From Azolla caroliniana (lineage: Eukaryota > Plantae > Polypodiophyta), in contig JBHGNT010000010.1 in the NCBI GenBank assembly GCA_043228905.1, forward strand, positions 15,624,001 to 15,688,000: 64,000 nt of DNA. The letters are read 5' to 3'. This document shows positions 35,501 to 48,700 of this stretch, piece after piece; position 1 is the first letter of the stretch, and each line of letters starts with the position of its first letter. The notes beneath the pieces are model-generated. The model ran no database searches, was not told the DNA's origin, and was given only the letters and a program-made list of their open reading frames with translations. The position numbers and the translations under genes are program-made.

Positions 35501-38500
35501 GCGACAACATCCTTTTTGCGTATTTTGCAAAAAGAAGGGTCATACAAAAGAGCAATGTCGAAAGCTCCAACAGAAAGAGCACGACAACAAAGCTAAAGCT
35601 GCAGACCATAAAGGTCAGATTCCTAATGTCCATCATGTCTATACACATCATTTAAGTAATTGTCAATGTTCTTTCCCTCACTATGTATTGGGTCCCAATG
35701 ATTTACTACGTGCAAAGGGGTATATCAATGGATCTCCCATACAATTTTTATTTGATTCGGGAAGCTCACACAACTTTTTCAATGATCGTTTGGTTCAGAT
35801 ATGGGGAATCCAATCCACCATAAGTGATCACACCTATACGGTGCACTTGGCTGATGGAAGAGTACAATACATCAACGAGGCGATTCATTCATTAGGAATT
35901 TCTATTGACACTTATATAGAGGAAGTAGACTTCCATGTAATGAATCTTTTTACCATTGATGTAATATTGGGTTATCCTTGGTTCTATAATAAAAGCTCTT
36001 CTTTATCTATTGATTGGGTTCATCATTCAATTACATTTGTACTGAACGACTGTACTCATTTTATTCAATGTGTCAAAAAACAATCCCTCTCGATTGTTTC
36101 CTCGTGTCCATCAATATCCGAGTTGTCTTGTTCTACTCTATTTTGTTGTATACTTGATCCGGACATTCACGTTTACAATATCAATAATGTCTCGGTTCAA
36201 TTAACATATTTTGAACAACAACTTGATGAAATCTTAAATGATTTTCGTGATGTTTTTTCGAGTGAACTACTAGATGGTTTACCTCCTAAATGTAATATAG
36301 ACCATCGTATAGATATTGTACCTGGCGTTGCACCAATAAGTGCACCTCCTTATCGCTTAAGTCGATCTGAAGAGGATGAGGTAGCTAAGCAACTCAAGTA
36401 CTATTTACGAATGGGTTATATACGTTATAGTAAATCTCCATGGGGTGCACATGTTCTCTTGGTTAAAAAGAAAGAGGGTACATGGCGTATGTGTATTAAT
36501 TACCGACGCTTGAATAAAGTGACGATCAAGAATTCGTCCATTGCCCCGGGCTGACGATGTAATTGACCGTCTCCAAGGAGCTTAGTATTTTACGAAACTT
36601 GATCTTCGTACTAGCTACCATCAAAAACATATAAGTGAGGACGATGTTCCTAAAACGGCATTTCGTACGCACTATGGCCATTATGAGTTTTTGGTTATGC
36701 CTTTTCGTTTGACCAATGCTCCGGCTACATTTCAACAAGAAGTGAATGACATTTTCCGCGAACAACTTGAAAAATTTGTCGTTATTTATAGCCATACATT
36801 ACAAGAACATGTTAAACATGTCCGCTTTGTTTTACAAACATTGCGTGACAAACAATTTTACGCGAAGATCTCAAAATGTGAGTTCTTCAAGAAATCCATT
36901 ACTTATCTTGGACATCTCATAACCGAACGAGGAGTTGAAATTGATCCTTCTCGCATCGAGAAAATCAAGCTTTGGCCCACTCTTCGGAATATTCGAGAAG
37001 TTCGATCATTCCTTGGTTTTGTCGGGTTTTTGCGAAAATCCCTTCGTAATTACTCCCAATTGACGACGTCGTTTACTGATCTTTTAAAAGGTCAAACGCG
37101 TAAGTCTACAAAACCTAATTTCTGGAATGCTACACTAGACCTCGCATTTAAGGAACTCAAGGACCTGGTTTGCAAGCCTCCTTCACTTCTTTTACCCGAT
37201 CCTTCAAAACCTTTTGAGGTTGAAACCGATGCAAGCGATTATGCTATAGGTGTTGTCTTATATCAAGATGGTAAACCAATAGCATTCGAGAGTAAGAAAC
37301 TTGATTCTGCTCAATGTCGGTATCCCGTTCAAGAAAAGGAATTATTTGTAGTTATACATGCGCTCAAAGCATGGCACCATTATCTTTATGGAAATCGCTT
37401 TGTGGTAACTACAGACCACGAGTCCTTGAAATATTTTTGTGACCAACAAGACCTGAAAGGTCGTAAGGCACGATGGGCTGATCTCATCCAGGACTTTGAT
37501 TTTTCCATACAATATTGTAAAGGTTCCATGAATACTGTCATTGATGCACTAAGTCGCATCCGTGAAGTTAACATGCTTAGCTTCACTGAAATATCATCAG
37601 ATCTTTATGATCACCTTCGAGGAAAGTATCCTGATGACAGTTATTTCGCAAAATACTGGGCAAGAGTCGAGTCTGGAACAGACACCACCACATCCTCGAA
37701 GGAATACTTCCACATTGCTAACGGTCTGCTTTACCGTAATGGGAAGGTTTGTGTTCCATATTTACCCGAGGTCAAAAAGAGGATTCTTTTTTAATGCCAT
37801 GATGCACCCTCAGCAGGGCACCCTGGAATACATCTTACACTCGTTCTCATCTCCACACAATTTTATTGGCCTAAGATGTGTCCTGACATACATAGCTATG
37901 TGACTAAATGTCACCGATGTCAAGTTAACAAAGTCGAGCGACTTAAAGCCGCAAGACTTTTACATCCCTTGGACATTCCCAATAATAAGTGGGAAAGTAT
38001 ATCCATGGATTTTATTGTTAGCCTTCCTCGCACCCAAAAAGGCCATGATGTCATCTAGGTTGTGGTTGATAGACTAACTAAAATGGCCAGATTTATTGCT
38101 ACTAAAACCACGGTAACAGCTCCTGAATTGGCTTACCAATTCGTGGACGAGTTATTTTGTTTTTATGGGTTACCGATGGATATCGTGAGTGATCGAGATC
38201 CAAATTTTACTAGTGACTTCTGGATGCAAGTCTTTAAGAAGTTAGAAACTACGTTGAGCATGAGCTCCACGGATCATCCTCAATCCGATGGACAAACAGA
38301 ACGAGTAAATAAAATTATTGAGGACATGCTTCGAGCATACGTTGGTGCAAAATCAACAAAATGGGAACGTTATCTCCCAAATTTGGAGTTTGCTTATAAC
38401 AGCTCCAAGCATACATCGACAGGATATAATCCTTTTATGTTGATGTATGGTTTTCAGCTACGAGCCCCGATTGATGTTAATATACATCATGATGAGTTGA

Positions 38501-39528
38501 GAAGTACGCAAAACTTTCTTCAGGATATGCAATATATGTTGCATATTGCACGACATAATATAAAAACAGTTCAAGATAAAGCACGTTTTTATGCCGATCA
38601 TCATAGGCAACCTCGTGTATTCAACCCTGGACAGAAGGTATTTTTACATGTACCTCACAATTCTAAGACATTGTTTAAGGGTAAGTGCACTAAGTTAGCC
38701 CCACGGTTTGTGAACCTTTTACAGTCCTCAAACGCATTGGGTCATCAGCTTATCGTCTCGCTCTTCCCAATGGTGTTGAAATTCATCCAGTTTTTCATGT
38801 GAGTCGTCTAAAAGAACTTCTAGGTTCTGGCAATAATACAGTTACAACTGAAACTCTAGTTACTTCTGAAGAATTATCTTCTAAACCACATGTACCAGAA
38901 AGAATTCTCGATGTTAAAACAAAAAAATACGTACTAAAGAAATCCGAGAATTTAAAATAAAATGGATGGACAAATCAATAAAAGATGCCACATGGGAACG
39001 CGAAAATACTCTCAAAACTAACTTCCCTAACTTTCCATTGCAAGAGTGCAATGTTTTAAAGAGGGGGAGTATGTTACGGGCATGACCATATAATATCCCG
39101 TGGTGAGAATTTACCGTAGTATTCTATACACATGGATAAGTGTGAGGGTTAAACGAGAGTGTAAAGAAGGGGAGGATTACTTTTAAATCCTCGGGATTGA
39201 GACAACCCATTAGGCCAAGTGTGAACATGGTTGGGGGCCTTGGGTATCGCTATAAATAGAGGCCTAGCTACCCTCATTTTAGGATCTGGTTGACTACGTC
39301 GAGACTCTGTCTTGTGGTGGGTCAACTCTTGTAGCGAGTGTGCCAACACCAGGTACAACTCGACGCCACGGCGGTGGTATGGGACGCCGATTGAGGCTCG
39401 AGTCCATGTCGATCCCTTCGCTCGGGGATGGTCGGGTGGATCGGCACCCTTCTTTCTCTTTCTCCTTTCTATCTATTTATCTATTTTCTATCCTTATCTA
39501 ATGCTTAAATTAGTCTATGTCTCTAACA
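32532..39528 (+). mobile_element. Element C: full-length decayed Ty3/gypsy chromovirus, tRNA-iMet primed
   Basis: 457-bp LTRs 32532-32988 and 39072-39528 (about 18 differences by eye); perfect TSD ACTTG; PBS TGGTATCAGAGC at 32991-33002; PPT AAAGAGGGGGAG. Confidence 0.95.
34685..39055 (+). pseudogene. Element C gag-pol (gag, protease, RT, RNase H, integrase, chromodomain), disrupted
   Basis: [14 protein letters not shown]; [10 protein letters not shown]; WRMCINYR; ETDASDYAIG; SMDFIVSLP; chromodomain PERILDV...IKWMDKSIKDATWE; multiple stops and frameshifts. Confidence 0.9.
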
Positions 39529-39533
39529 ACTTG

Positions 39534-40810
39534 GATGCATTACTTGGGAGCAAGTGTTCGAGGATTATCCGATGATGTCTTCTTATAAGGCGTTGTCGGA
39601 ATAATTTATTGCATTCAAGGATTGGGTTAGTATTTTTCTTTTAATCGACATCTTACTATGGTATATATTATTTATGGTTAACTAAAGTATTTTTTATTGT
39701 TGCAACTATTAGAAACCTTGTCGTGGTAAGAAACTAGGAGAGATCAAAGATATACACGACTTTCCAACATCCTTCCCTGCACATCTTGAGAGAGCCAGGA
39801 AAGAAAAGGATCGACGCTTAGTGAAAGCGTATGATGTTGAAGATGACGGAACTCTCAAGAAATTCAGCCACAAAAAGAACATCACTAAAGACTTATACTA
39901 TAATGTCTTCTGTGGAGATGTAGCAGACATGAACTTGAAACTGCCAAAGAAGGACTATAGTCTACTTATTGCAAATATACCTTACAAATTTCGGATGGCA
40001 GGTTCATCCAATGATGATGACCGATGATGAGCCATTTAGGTTCAAACAACTAAAGAAAATGGTTTTGCGGAACTGACCACAACGTCCTTGTGGAGAATCG
40101 TTGTGTTTCATACCATGGACCAAGTGTACTTTGTGGCTCAAGCATTGAGATCTCGTTGTCATGGCATCGAGAACCTTGCTTGGTAAGGATTTTATTTTGT
40201 TACATCTTGAATAAATTGATTTGTCTATGATTCTTTCTACTTCATTCTAAACTATGTCTTTTGGTTCCTTACTTGTGATTGACAGGATCAAAACCAACGT
40301 GAATAGAGGACCAACATTTCGGTTCATGAACGCAATCGAGTACATAACGGTTGATTATTTTGACAAAATAAATAAGCAAAGGATTAAGGAGCATTCTAAT
40401 GAAGTTGGAGGTTCAAATTTGTTGTTGTATCCAGCAATTACACGCAAACTACGATATGTTGCCACTACAGAATGGGGACTTTTCAACTCGTATTAAATAC
40501 CCCAACGCCTTATGATGCACCTGATAGAAATGTTTTCCAGTGAGGGTGACTATATATTAGATTTGTTCTTTGGCACATGTATAATTTAAAACTTGTTGGT
40601 TATTGTAACATACACGAACACATTCTATTGGCTAAAACAACCTTCTTGTCACTTTGATTGTAGACACTACATCTGCATGTGCTTTGAAGCTCTTCCGAAA
40701 CAATATTGCATTAGAGAAGGATGAGGAGCAAGTGAGATTATCAATACGAGGATAAAGGCCTTATGGGAATGTCCGGATCAAGACGAAGAGGTCAGTGCAA
40801 AGCACATCAC
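39534..40810 (+). pseudogene. Segment 3: beta-class N6-adenine/N4-cytosine DNA methyltransferase domain with three introns
   Basis: Frame continues across C (KQL|GCITWEQV). Motif order is CGD, LLIA-NIPY (39974-39985), LAW|IKTN, NSY*IPQRLMMHLIEMFSSEGDYILDLFFGT|xTTSACALKLFRNNIALEKD. Introns 39626-39712, 40183-40285, 40579-40663. Confidence 0.8.
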
Positions 40811-40904
40811 CTTTGTAAGTTTGTAAGTTTGCTAAAGGCAGGTGGCAATGTAGGAGTGGTTGATAAGCATAGAAAGTCACCATGAAATTAGGAGTAAGAG
40901 TTTG

Positions 40905-41880
40905 TTCGAAGACAATATTGAGCTTGGGAATGCTTTAGTGGACACTATATGTGGCAAGCTTGAAAAAGCACAAAAAACAATAAATGATCTATCGGTTCAA
41001 GATATGGTCTCTTGGAATGCTTTGATATCGGGATATGTTGAAAAGGGTCATGCTAAAAAAGCACTAGATTCTTTAAAGAAAATGTAACTCGAGGGTCAAA
41101 TCTTGCCGGATGTGGTACAATGTTGTTAATGCTAGCATTTGTTGAACAATAATTGAGGCCCGCGAGCTTTTTGATGAATTATTGCTTATTGGAGATGTGG
41201 TACAAGGGATTGCCATGTTATTGGGCTATATTGAGCATGATAAGAATGATGATGCTATACAATTTTATCCTCAAATGCTTGTGTAAGGTTTCCTCTTGCC
41301 TAATATGATGACATTTTTTGGTATGTTGAAAGCATGTGGCAACATGGGAAAATTGATTGTACATACTAAAATGAAATTAGATTTTGTGATGGATGGAGGA
41401 GTTGTAGGATAGATTGACTTCAATAGTTGCACAATCTTTAAGGAAAGCATAACGTTGTAGCTAATGGGCTAATGCATTCTGAGATTATTTAAGCATTCAT
41501 TTTGGATTATTCGAGCCCTTCAAATCGACATCAACGGTCAGTATGCTTGCATTTGCTAAGTAATAATTGACACCCAAGAGCTTTTTGATTAATTATTGTA
41601 GGTTGGAGATGTGGTAGGAGGGACTGTCATGTTATTGGGCTATAGTGAGCAAGATAAGAATGAGGATGCTATACAATTTTATCCTCAAATGCTTGTGTAA
41701 GGTTTCCTCTTACCTAATATGATAACATTTTTTGGTACTTTGAAAGCATGTGGCAACGAGGGAGAATTGGTTGTACATACTAAAATGAAATTAGATTTTG
41801 TGATGGAGGGAGGAGTTGTGGTATAGATTGGCTTCAATAGTTGCACAGTCTCTACGGAAAGCATAATGTTGTAGCGAATG
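40905..41880 (+). pseudogene. PLS-class PPR gene fragments, partly duplicated (~41130-41466 vs ~41544-41880)
   Basis: ELGNALVD...CGKLEKAQK...DMVSWNALISGYVEKGHAKKAL; further decayed ARELFD/DVV/LKACG motifs. Confidence 0.7.
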
Positions 41881-42745
41881 TGCCTTTTTTAAAACTAATG
41901 GAAGGATATTTTATTTTGAAAAAATAAATAAATTGTTTGATTTATTGTCTAACCCATTTGAATTAAAATATACATTTCTAGACAGTTGAAGTTCTACAAT
42001 TTCATTGTATCTAGTATTTTGCCCGTATTTTGAAATATTCTCTACATTTAGGATTGAAATGCCATTATTATCTATGTCTCCAACTTTATCCAATATATGA
42101 TCCCAATTTATATGTGCTCTCATTCTTGTTTGTTTATTGGTATTCTCCAAAAATCATGAGTATTCCTTGGTATGCATGGGTGTGTCCTCTTTCACATAAC
42201 TTTATGGGTGTTTCCTCTTATGAAGTTGCCTTGCATGCTTCATTGTTGATAATTGAATGTTGTATCTAATTTGGACCCCATTTGTATAGATTGCTTGGGT
42301 TTCCACAAACATTAGCGTAAGGTATTATATCCTGCAAGTTTCATTAAGAAATAGTTTGCATCAACTATAATCACGAATTATAAGTAATTATCACTTCCAC
42401 TTCAGGCATATACACTTCTATAGGATGTTTAAACATGCATAAGGACTTTCACACCCCAACTTTTAAATCTAGAGTTCAATTTTAAGTTGGTCGTTCCAAA
42501 ACTTGATCATGTGTAAAACAAGAGAGCCATTGTAATGTTTGTAATTTTAAATACATTGTGTAAGAGGAGATCATCAGCTTTGTAAATGTACTATAAACTA
42601 TATGTTTCCCATATTGAGACTTGTTATATATTAATAATTTGGCAAATTCTACCCCCCTGGTTGATCATATGATATTAGAGTACCCTATTTTGGTAAATAG
42701 CCTAATTATATTCAATTATAAAGGGAATCTAAAAGTGGAATGCGT

Positions 42746-43129
42746 TGTCACGGACGAGTATAATAGAGTAGAACCAAGACGAGACTAAGAACTTGGAGAG
42801 AGAAAAAGAACAAGAACTTGACTTATGATTCCATAACTGGTGTTGTTCACCTTGATTAGAATCAAGGTGCACCTGAGTATTTATATAAGAAGGTAGAGAT
42901 ATGTATGCTAACTAGGAATAGAGAATGCATGAAGATCCATCGAAGCTAGGAATAGAGAATGCATGCAAGCTAGGAACTTCCCATGATCAATCTACCATAC
43001 ATGAAGTTGGATTTTAATAGAAAGATGCATAGATGGATGTAGCTTAGTTGGTGGAGTTGCCCAAAGGAGACCATGAGGTCTTGGGTTCAATCCCTACCTT
43101 CCACCGTGGTGTGGCATATGTCTATGACA
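42746..43129 (-). mobile_element. Solo LTR related to element A
   Basis: TGTCA...TGACA termini; TSD TGCGT/TGCAT; reverse complement shares TGTCATAGACA, TATAAATA, CACCTTGATT, AAGGTGAACAACACCAGTTA and CTCGTCCGTGACA with A's LTR. Confidence 0.85.
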
Positions 43130-44858
43130 TGCATGATCCTTTCACTTGTGAATGTGAATGTGTTAGAACATCGAGTGCAACATGAATGTGTTATAACATG
43201 AACCACACTGCACAAAATGGACATTTGATGCAACACAACAATCATAAGTAACAAGAAACAAGTGTGTTGTAATTAACATATGATTATCAATCAATTAAGA
43301 ATGTTAGTCAAATATTAGTTCATGATCTCATCGAAACATCAATTTAAAATAATCGATTTATGATCAAATGTCATGATAAAATTTGCATATTGAAGCATTA
43401 AAGATTGATTGATAAAAAATGATTAGAGATGCATAATAATTTACGAAACAATGTGTACTTATGTACAAACAAGATATTATTTGGTAATAACAGTTATCTT
43501 GAGATATAAAATGTTAAATAGATTATTGCCAAATAATTGTCCAATGCTAATAAGTCAAGATTAAAGAAAAATAATATTGATTTCCCCCTCTTTTGTACTT
43601 GTATTGACCAACAACCTCTTTAATCATTTCCAAAAAAAAAAGTTGATACCTTATTAGCATTCACATTGATTCGGCGTTCAAAGGTGCAAGATTCAATATA
43701 GCCACCCTTTGGCCCACATGCTTTAGGTTGCACTTAAGTTATCATGACTAAGTTATATTTTTGTTATTTCCCATGCTATAGCCTCCCCTCTTTGTAAACT
43801 CTTTTATGTAGGAAACTCCCCCCCATGATCCCCTTGTATTGAGTATGGCTTATATAGTTATGTGGATTGTATCATGCATGGTTTATTAAATTGCCATTTT
43901 CACGAGTGAATCAAATTACCAATGATAATCAATGAATATTTAGATTAAAATACTAATGGTTTCAAGGTGTTTAACCGTATCTACCATGCCAAGCAAAGGA
44001 CAAAAGATGAAACATAAAATACCATAGGTGTCCCATACCTCATCATTTGAGGCGAACAAATTGGAAATAAATGCGTTTTGCCTCCCCAATGATGTCCAAA
44101 CAACATGCCCACCTTAGGTTCCCAAACCACCACATATTCCCATGTATCATGACTCCTTGTAAGTTTGCCCTGAGTTTTACAATAATTGGTTTCCTACTCA
44201 TCCCACCCTTAAACCACTAAAAGTGGTTTTAGTATTGGTTCCTAATCTTATGACTGTAATAGTGGCCCTTGGATCTCATGCCAAATGTGTTTGTTGAACA
44301 TCCATGAGAGACTGGGAGTAGATCGGCCTTCCTTAGTCCATCATTGGTGGAAATACACATTGAATTATCCAATGACATATGAAGTGAACATTTTATAATA
44401 TTTAGAATAAACATGTGAAGTGTGCCCTCTACGTGATATTGATTGAGAACTTGTAGAATGTAGGTTCAAGGGGATGAGAATGGAGTTTAATAGTGCATCC
44501 TCATCCGAAAGGCCAACTAGTGGTTTCTATAGGGGTCTCCACAAATTAGGCACGTTTGGAGAACCTTTTACATATATTGGAACACGTGGAATCCATAACC
44601 TATACCCAAAGTGACTAGGAAAGGGCAATTTCTAACTTCAACACACATCAAGCATGACTTCCCATTCGTAGAATGGATGCAAATGAAAAAGGTGGCATGA
44701 AGTAGAACATTGTCCTTGGAATAGATGGAGTGAAGTCCTGACAGTCCCTCCTTCGAGAATTACATATAGGTGTGGAGGTCATTTCGTGGGCGTGACCTTG
44801 TGTCAGGTTATTGTTTGTCGTGGAGGGCAGATGAGTGGTGGTGGTGTCTTTCCTTGTG

Positions 44859-45501
44859 GGAAACCCCAAAGTCGACTCCCATCCCTCTCCATTTGGTCCG
44901 GGGTTCAAATCCTCCCAAGACAAACAAACAAACAAAATTGTTGAGACCATATTGTAGGAAAACCCAAAGTGGACGCCCATTCCACTCCATTCGGTCGTGG
45001 GTTCAAATCCTCGCAAACACAACAAACAATTGAAACAAACAAACTTATATGAGATCGTATTGTAGGAAACCCCAAAGTGGATGTTCATTCCTCTCCATTA
45101 GGTAGTAGGTTCAAATCCTCCCAAGACAACAAACAAACAAATTTATATGAGGCCTGTCTTGTAGGAATTCCTCTCCATTCGATTGTGGGTTCAAATCCTC
45201 CTAAGACCACAAACAAACAAAATTACTAAGGTCATCTTGTAGGAAACCCCAAAGTGGGCGCCCATTCCTCTTGGTTTGGTCATGAGCTCAAATCCTCGCG
45301 GCACAAACAAGCAAGCAAAATTATTGAGATCTGCCTTGTAGGAATTCCTCTCCATTCGATTGTGGGTTCAAATCATGCCAAGACAACAAACAAACATAAT
45401 TATTGAGATCTCTGAAACCCCAAAGTGAACTCCCATTCCTCTCCACTCGGTCGTGAGCTCAAATCCTGCCAAGACAACAAACAAACAAAACTATTGAGAT
45501 C
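44859..45501 (+). repeat. Tandem array of seven ~70-110-bp units, each with a B-box-like G(G/C)TTCAAATC core
   Basis: Unit GGAAACCCCAAAGTGG...TCTCCATTCGGTCGTGGGTTCAAATCCTCCCAAGACAACAAACAAACAAAATT...GAGA; ends at the presumed MON2 5' UTR. Confidence 0.85.
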
Positions 45502-45746
45502 TAACGAAGAAGAACCCCCGTCGTTCAGTCCATTTTCTTCTTCTCTTGCTTACTTACACGGATCACCGTCTTTCTCTTTGGTTCGAAGTCCCCATGGCGA
45601 TCTGATCCTGCACGCAGCTCTCTTCATCTCAGAATGTAACAAAATTCCAAGTAATATTAAGAAAACTCTCTTACTTTATTTTTAATTAAATTTTCTTTGT
45701 TTTTTAACTACCATTCTCGTTGATCTGGCCTTTTTTTAGAATCACA

Positions 45747-48700
45747 ATGGCTTTAATGGCGGTTTTGGAGGCGGATTTGAGAGCTCTTTCTCTTGAAGCT
45801 AGAAAAAAATTTCCTGCTATCAAAGAAGCTGCTGAACACGCCATTCTTAAGGTAAGATTTATGTCTATATATTTAAAACGCTTTTGCACTCATTGATGCC
45901 TCCTTCGAGTATTTTATTCTAGCTTTATTTTGAGTAAATTTCTTTCTTTTTATTTATTCGCCAAACTTCTGAGTAATTTTCTATCAAGAAAGCTACTTAA
46001 CATGGCACTCTTAAGGTATTATACTTGTGTATCGATAGATTTTTGCTATCATGACTTGATGCTTGTATATTATATAGCTTTTTTCTACAATGATTTGATG
46101 CTTTTTGTGTACATTTTTTAAATTTTGATGACACAAACTATAGTTTGTTTTGTTCATCGTTTGAAGCTCTCTTTCAGTGTTTTTCTCGATTCATTTGATT
46201 ACATTTCTAGCATTTCAGGGTTTCCTCTAAGTTCTCTATTTGTATCATTTCTTTGCTGTTTCTTTGAGATAAGCTGTATGATTATTTCCATTCATGATCA
46301 GAAGCTTCTGACTAATCTTCTAGCTTTCTTTGAATAAATGTTTAGCTTTGTTTGTGTACTTTCCTAGCTTTTTTTGAGATATTTTTCTTTGCTGTATTAA
46401 AAGGTAAGCTATAACCTTTTTTCTCCATGATTTGAAGCTTGTTATGGCAATATAGCTATTCTACTATATTGAAGCTTTCTTTGAGTATTTTTCTTTGGTT
46501 AAGGAAAGCTATGTATTTTTCTATTGTGATGGGAACTTTCTCTGGAAATCTGTTCCCATTTTTGAAGGTATTTTGTAGCTTTTTTCCTTTATGATTTGAA
46601 GCATTTGTTTCAGTATTTTTCTTTACCAGATCAATATTTGGCTGAAATGGCCTCTTAATGAAACACCACTCATCATTTCAGATGTAATGAAAAGAGATGT
46701 GGTAAATAAAAAGGAAAATACTTTCTTTTCTCTAGGTTGGACTAAACTCTCACTTAATGAAGCGATGTGATGAAAAGAATTTTGCAAAATGACAAAGAAA
46801 AATACCTTTTTTTATCATATATCATATCAATCTTGTTTAAAAGCCTTCTAGATTAAATATTATTCACTGTGTTCCTTTCTGTTGGTATATTTTGCTACAG
46901 TTGAGATCAATTCCGGATCCTACTCTACTTGCACGAAGTGATGACATTGTACGAATCTTCATCATGGCATGTGAATGTAAGAATGTGAAGCTTCGGATCA
47001 TAGGATTAGCATGTTTACAGAAGTGGATAGCTCATGGTGCTGTTCCTGCACATTCTTTACCTGAAATCCTTGGAACTCTGAAGGAGGTATTAACCTTAGC
47101 ATAATTATATAAAAATCACCATTACATATTGAAATTGGGTGTTACAAGTACCTTCAGACTTTGAGACGTTTTGGAATAAGCCTTTCAAATATTGAGTTAT
47201 GTATTATTAAATAATTTTAACAAAGTCAGGTAAAAATTTATTATCTTGGTCAAAGGATTTCTTTCAAGTATTCTGTGGACAGATTCTAAATATATCTGAA
47301 AAACCACCGAGGTATCCCCATATTCAATACAGAGTGATGACATTGTGCGAATATTTATCACGTCATACGAATGTCAGAATGTGAAGCTTTCACATAGATA
47401 TCATGTTTACAGAAGTATGCAGTGGACGTGGTTCCCGCTTTACCTGAAATTCTTAAAACACTTAAAGGAGGAAATAGGGGAATTCTACCGCTATTGGATT
47501 CTAAAATTAAGTGAAGGAACCCTAAGATATCCCCATCGGGGTTAACCAAAAATCTTTTTCACCTAATCAAAACACCCGCAAGACAAGATCTTTGCCAATA
47601 TTTTTCAATTTGAGCTGGATGATTGGTATATACATATCTAAATTTCATTGAAATCTAGTTTTCCAAGAGAGAGCTATATCCATGTCTTTTAAGAGATTAT
47701 ATTTTACAATGTTTCTTGTCATTGAGAACAACAAACCAAAGTAAATACTAAACCTAGGGTATTGATATCGAAGAACTTAAGAGTCTGAACTTAGACTTAA
47801 ATTTTTATCTATGAAAAATTTCTATCGTGGATTACCCCATGATGGAGAGATCTCCAGAGTGAGGGAGGCATCTTTGATCTATTGTAACACGTTTTGAGTT
47901 TAGATATAAACTTAAATCTGTTTGGATAAGGATAAAGATTTTGGAATGTCCTCTTTACATTTGTATGGGGTAAAAATAGATACCTTCAATTTCCATGAAC
48001 TGTGAGCTCCATGTTAACAACTCAATTGCAGATGATTCTACTTTAAGAACTTCATACCATCTTCTCCAAATCTAGAATTATATTGAAGGTATAAAATGTT
48101 GAAACTAACGCAAAAGAGTTTTTTTCTGTTTAGTAGCTTTAAGTTGTGGAGTTCGTGAACAATATTGCAATATACCTAGAGATATCTGAAAAGTTTAGAT
48201 AAGAATGCTGACATAACCTCTGATACTTGTTCGAGATTGCTTGAGCCATTAGAAGTTTAAGAATATCTCCCTTGGTCTATTAGTATGCCAATGTTTGCCA
48301 ACATGCATAGCATGTCCCATATAGGTGGTTGAGAATTTTGCGAGATACTGATATGGTGCGAATTGCTATTCACAAGAAACGGCCAGTTTACAAATAGGAA
48401 ACCTTGCATGTAAGTTCATGCAGGTAGTCACATAATAGTTTATACATGTCCCTTGGTGGTGTTTTGAATTTGTCAAAGCATTCATTGCTGGAGATTAGTT
48501 CTCACCATTGTCAACACTAGAGGACATATTAGAGAGTTGGGAATCTGAAAGAAATTAGGAATATCATGCTGGGCACTACTTTGCTCAGCTGTCCACATTA
48601 TGCTGTCAATACTTTTGTCATGAGGAGATGTTGCCATGCAAAATGAACACTAACATTTAGTTTAGCAATTCTTTTGTCTAAAAGTATTTGTTTCATTTCT

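Noticed and set aside
39713-40790. Bacterial contamination as the source of the methyltransferase
   Set aside because: It has spliceosomal introns, plant LTR insertions with TSDs and C>T decay, and is contiguous with a plant MON2 gene.
43034-43103. Functional tRNA gene
   Set aside because: The anticodon arm does not pair and it lies inside an LTR; kept only as a tRNA-like module.
44859-45501. CRISPR-like array
   Set aside because: Whole units repeat with no unique spacers, no cas genes are present, and the context is eukaryotic.
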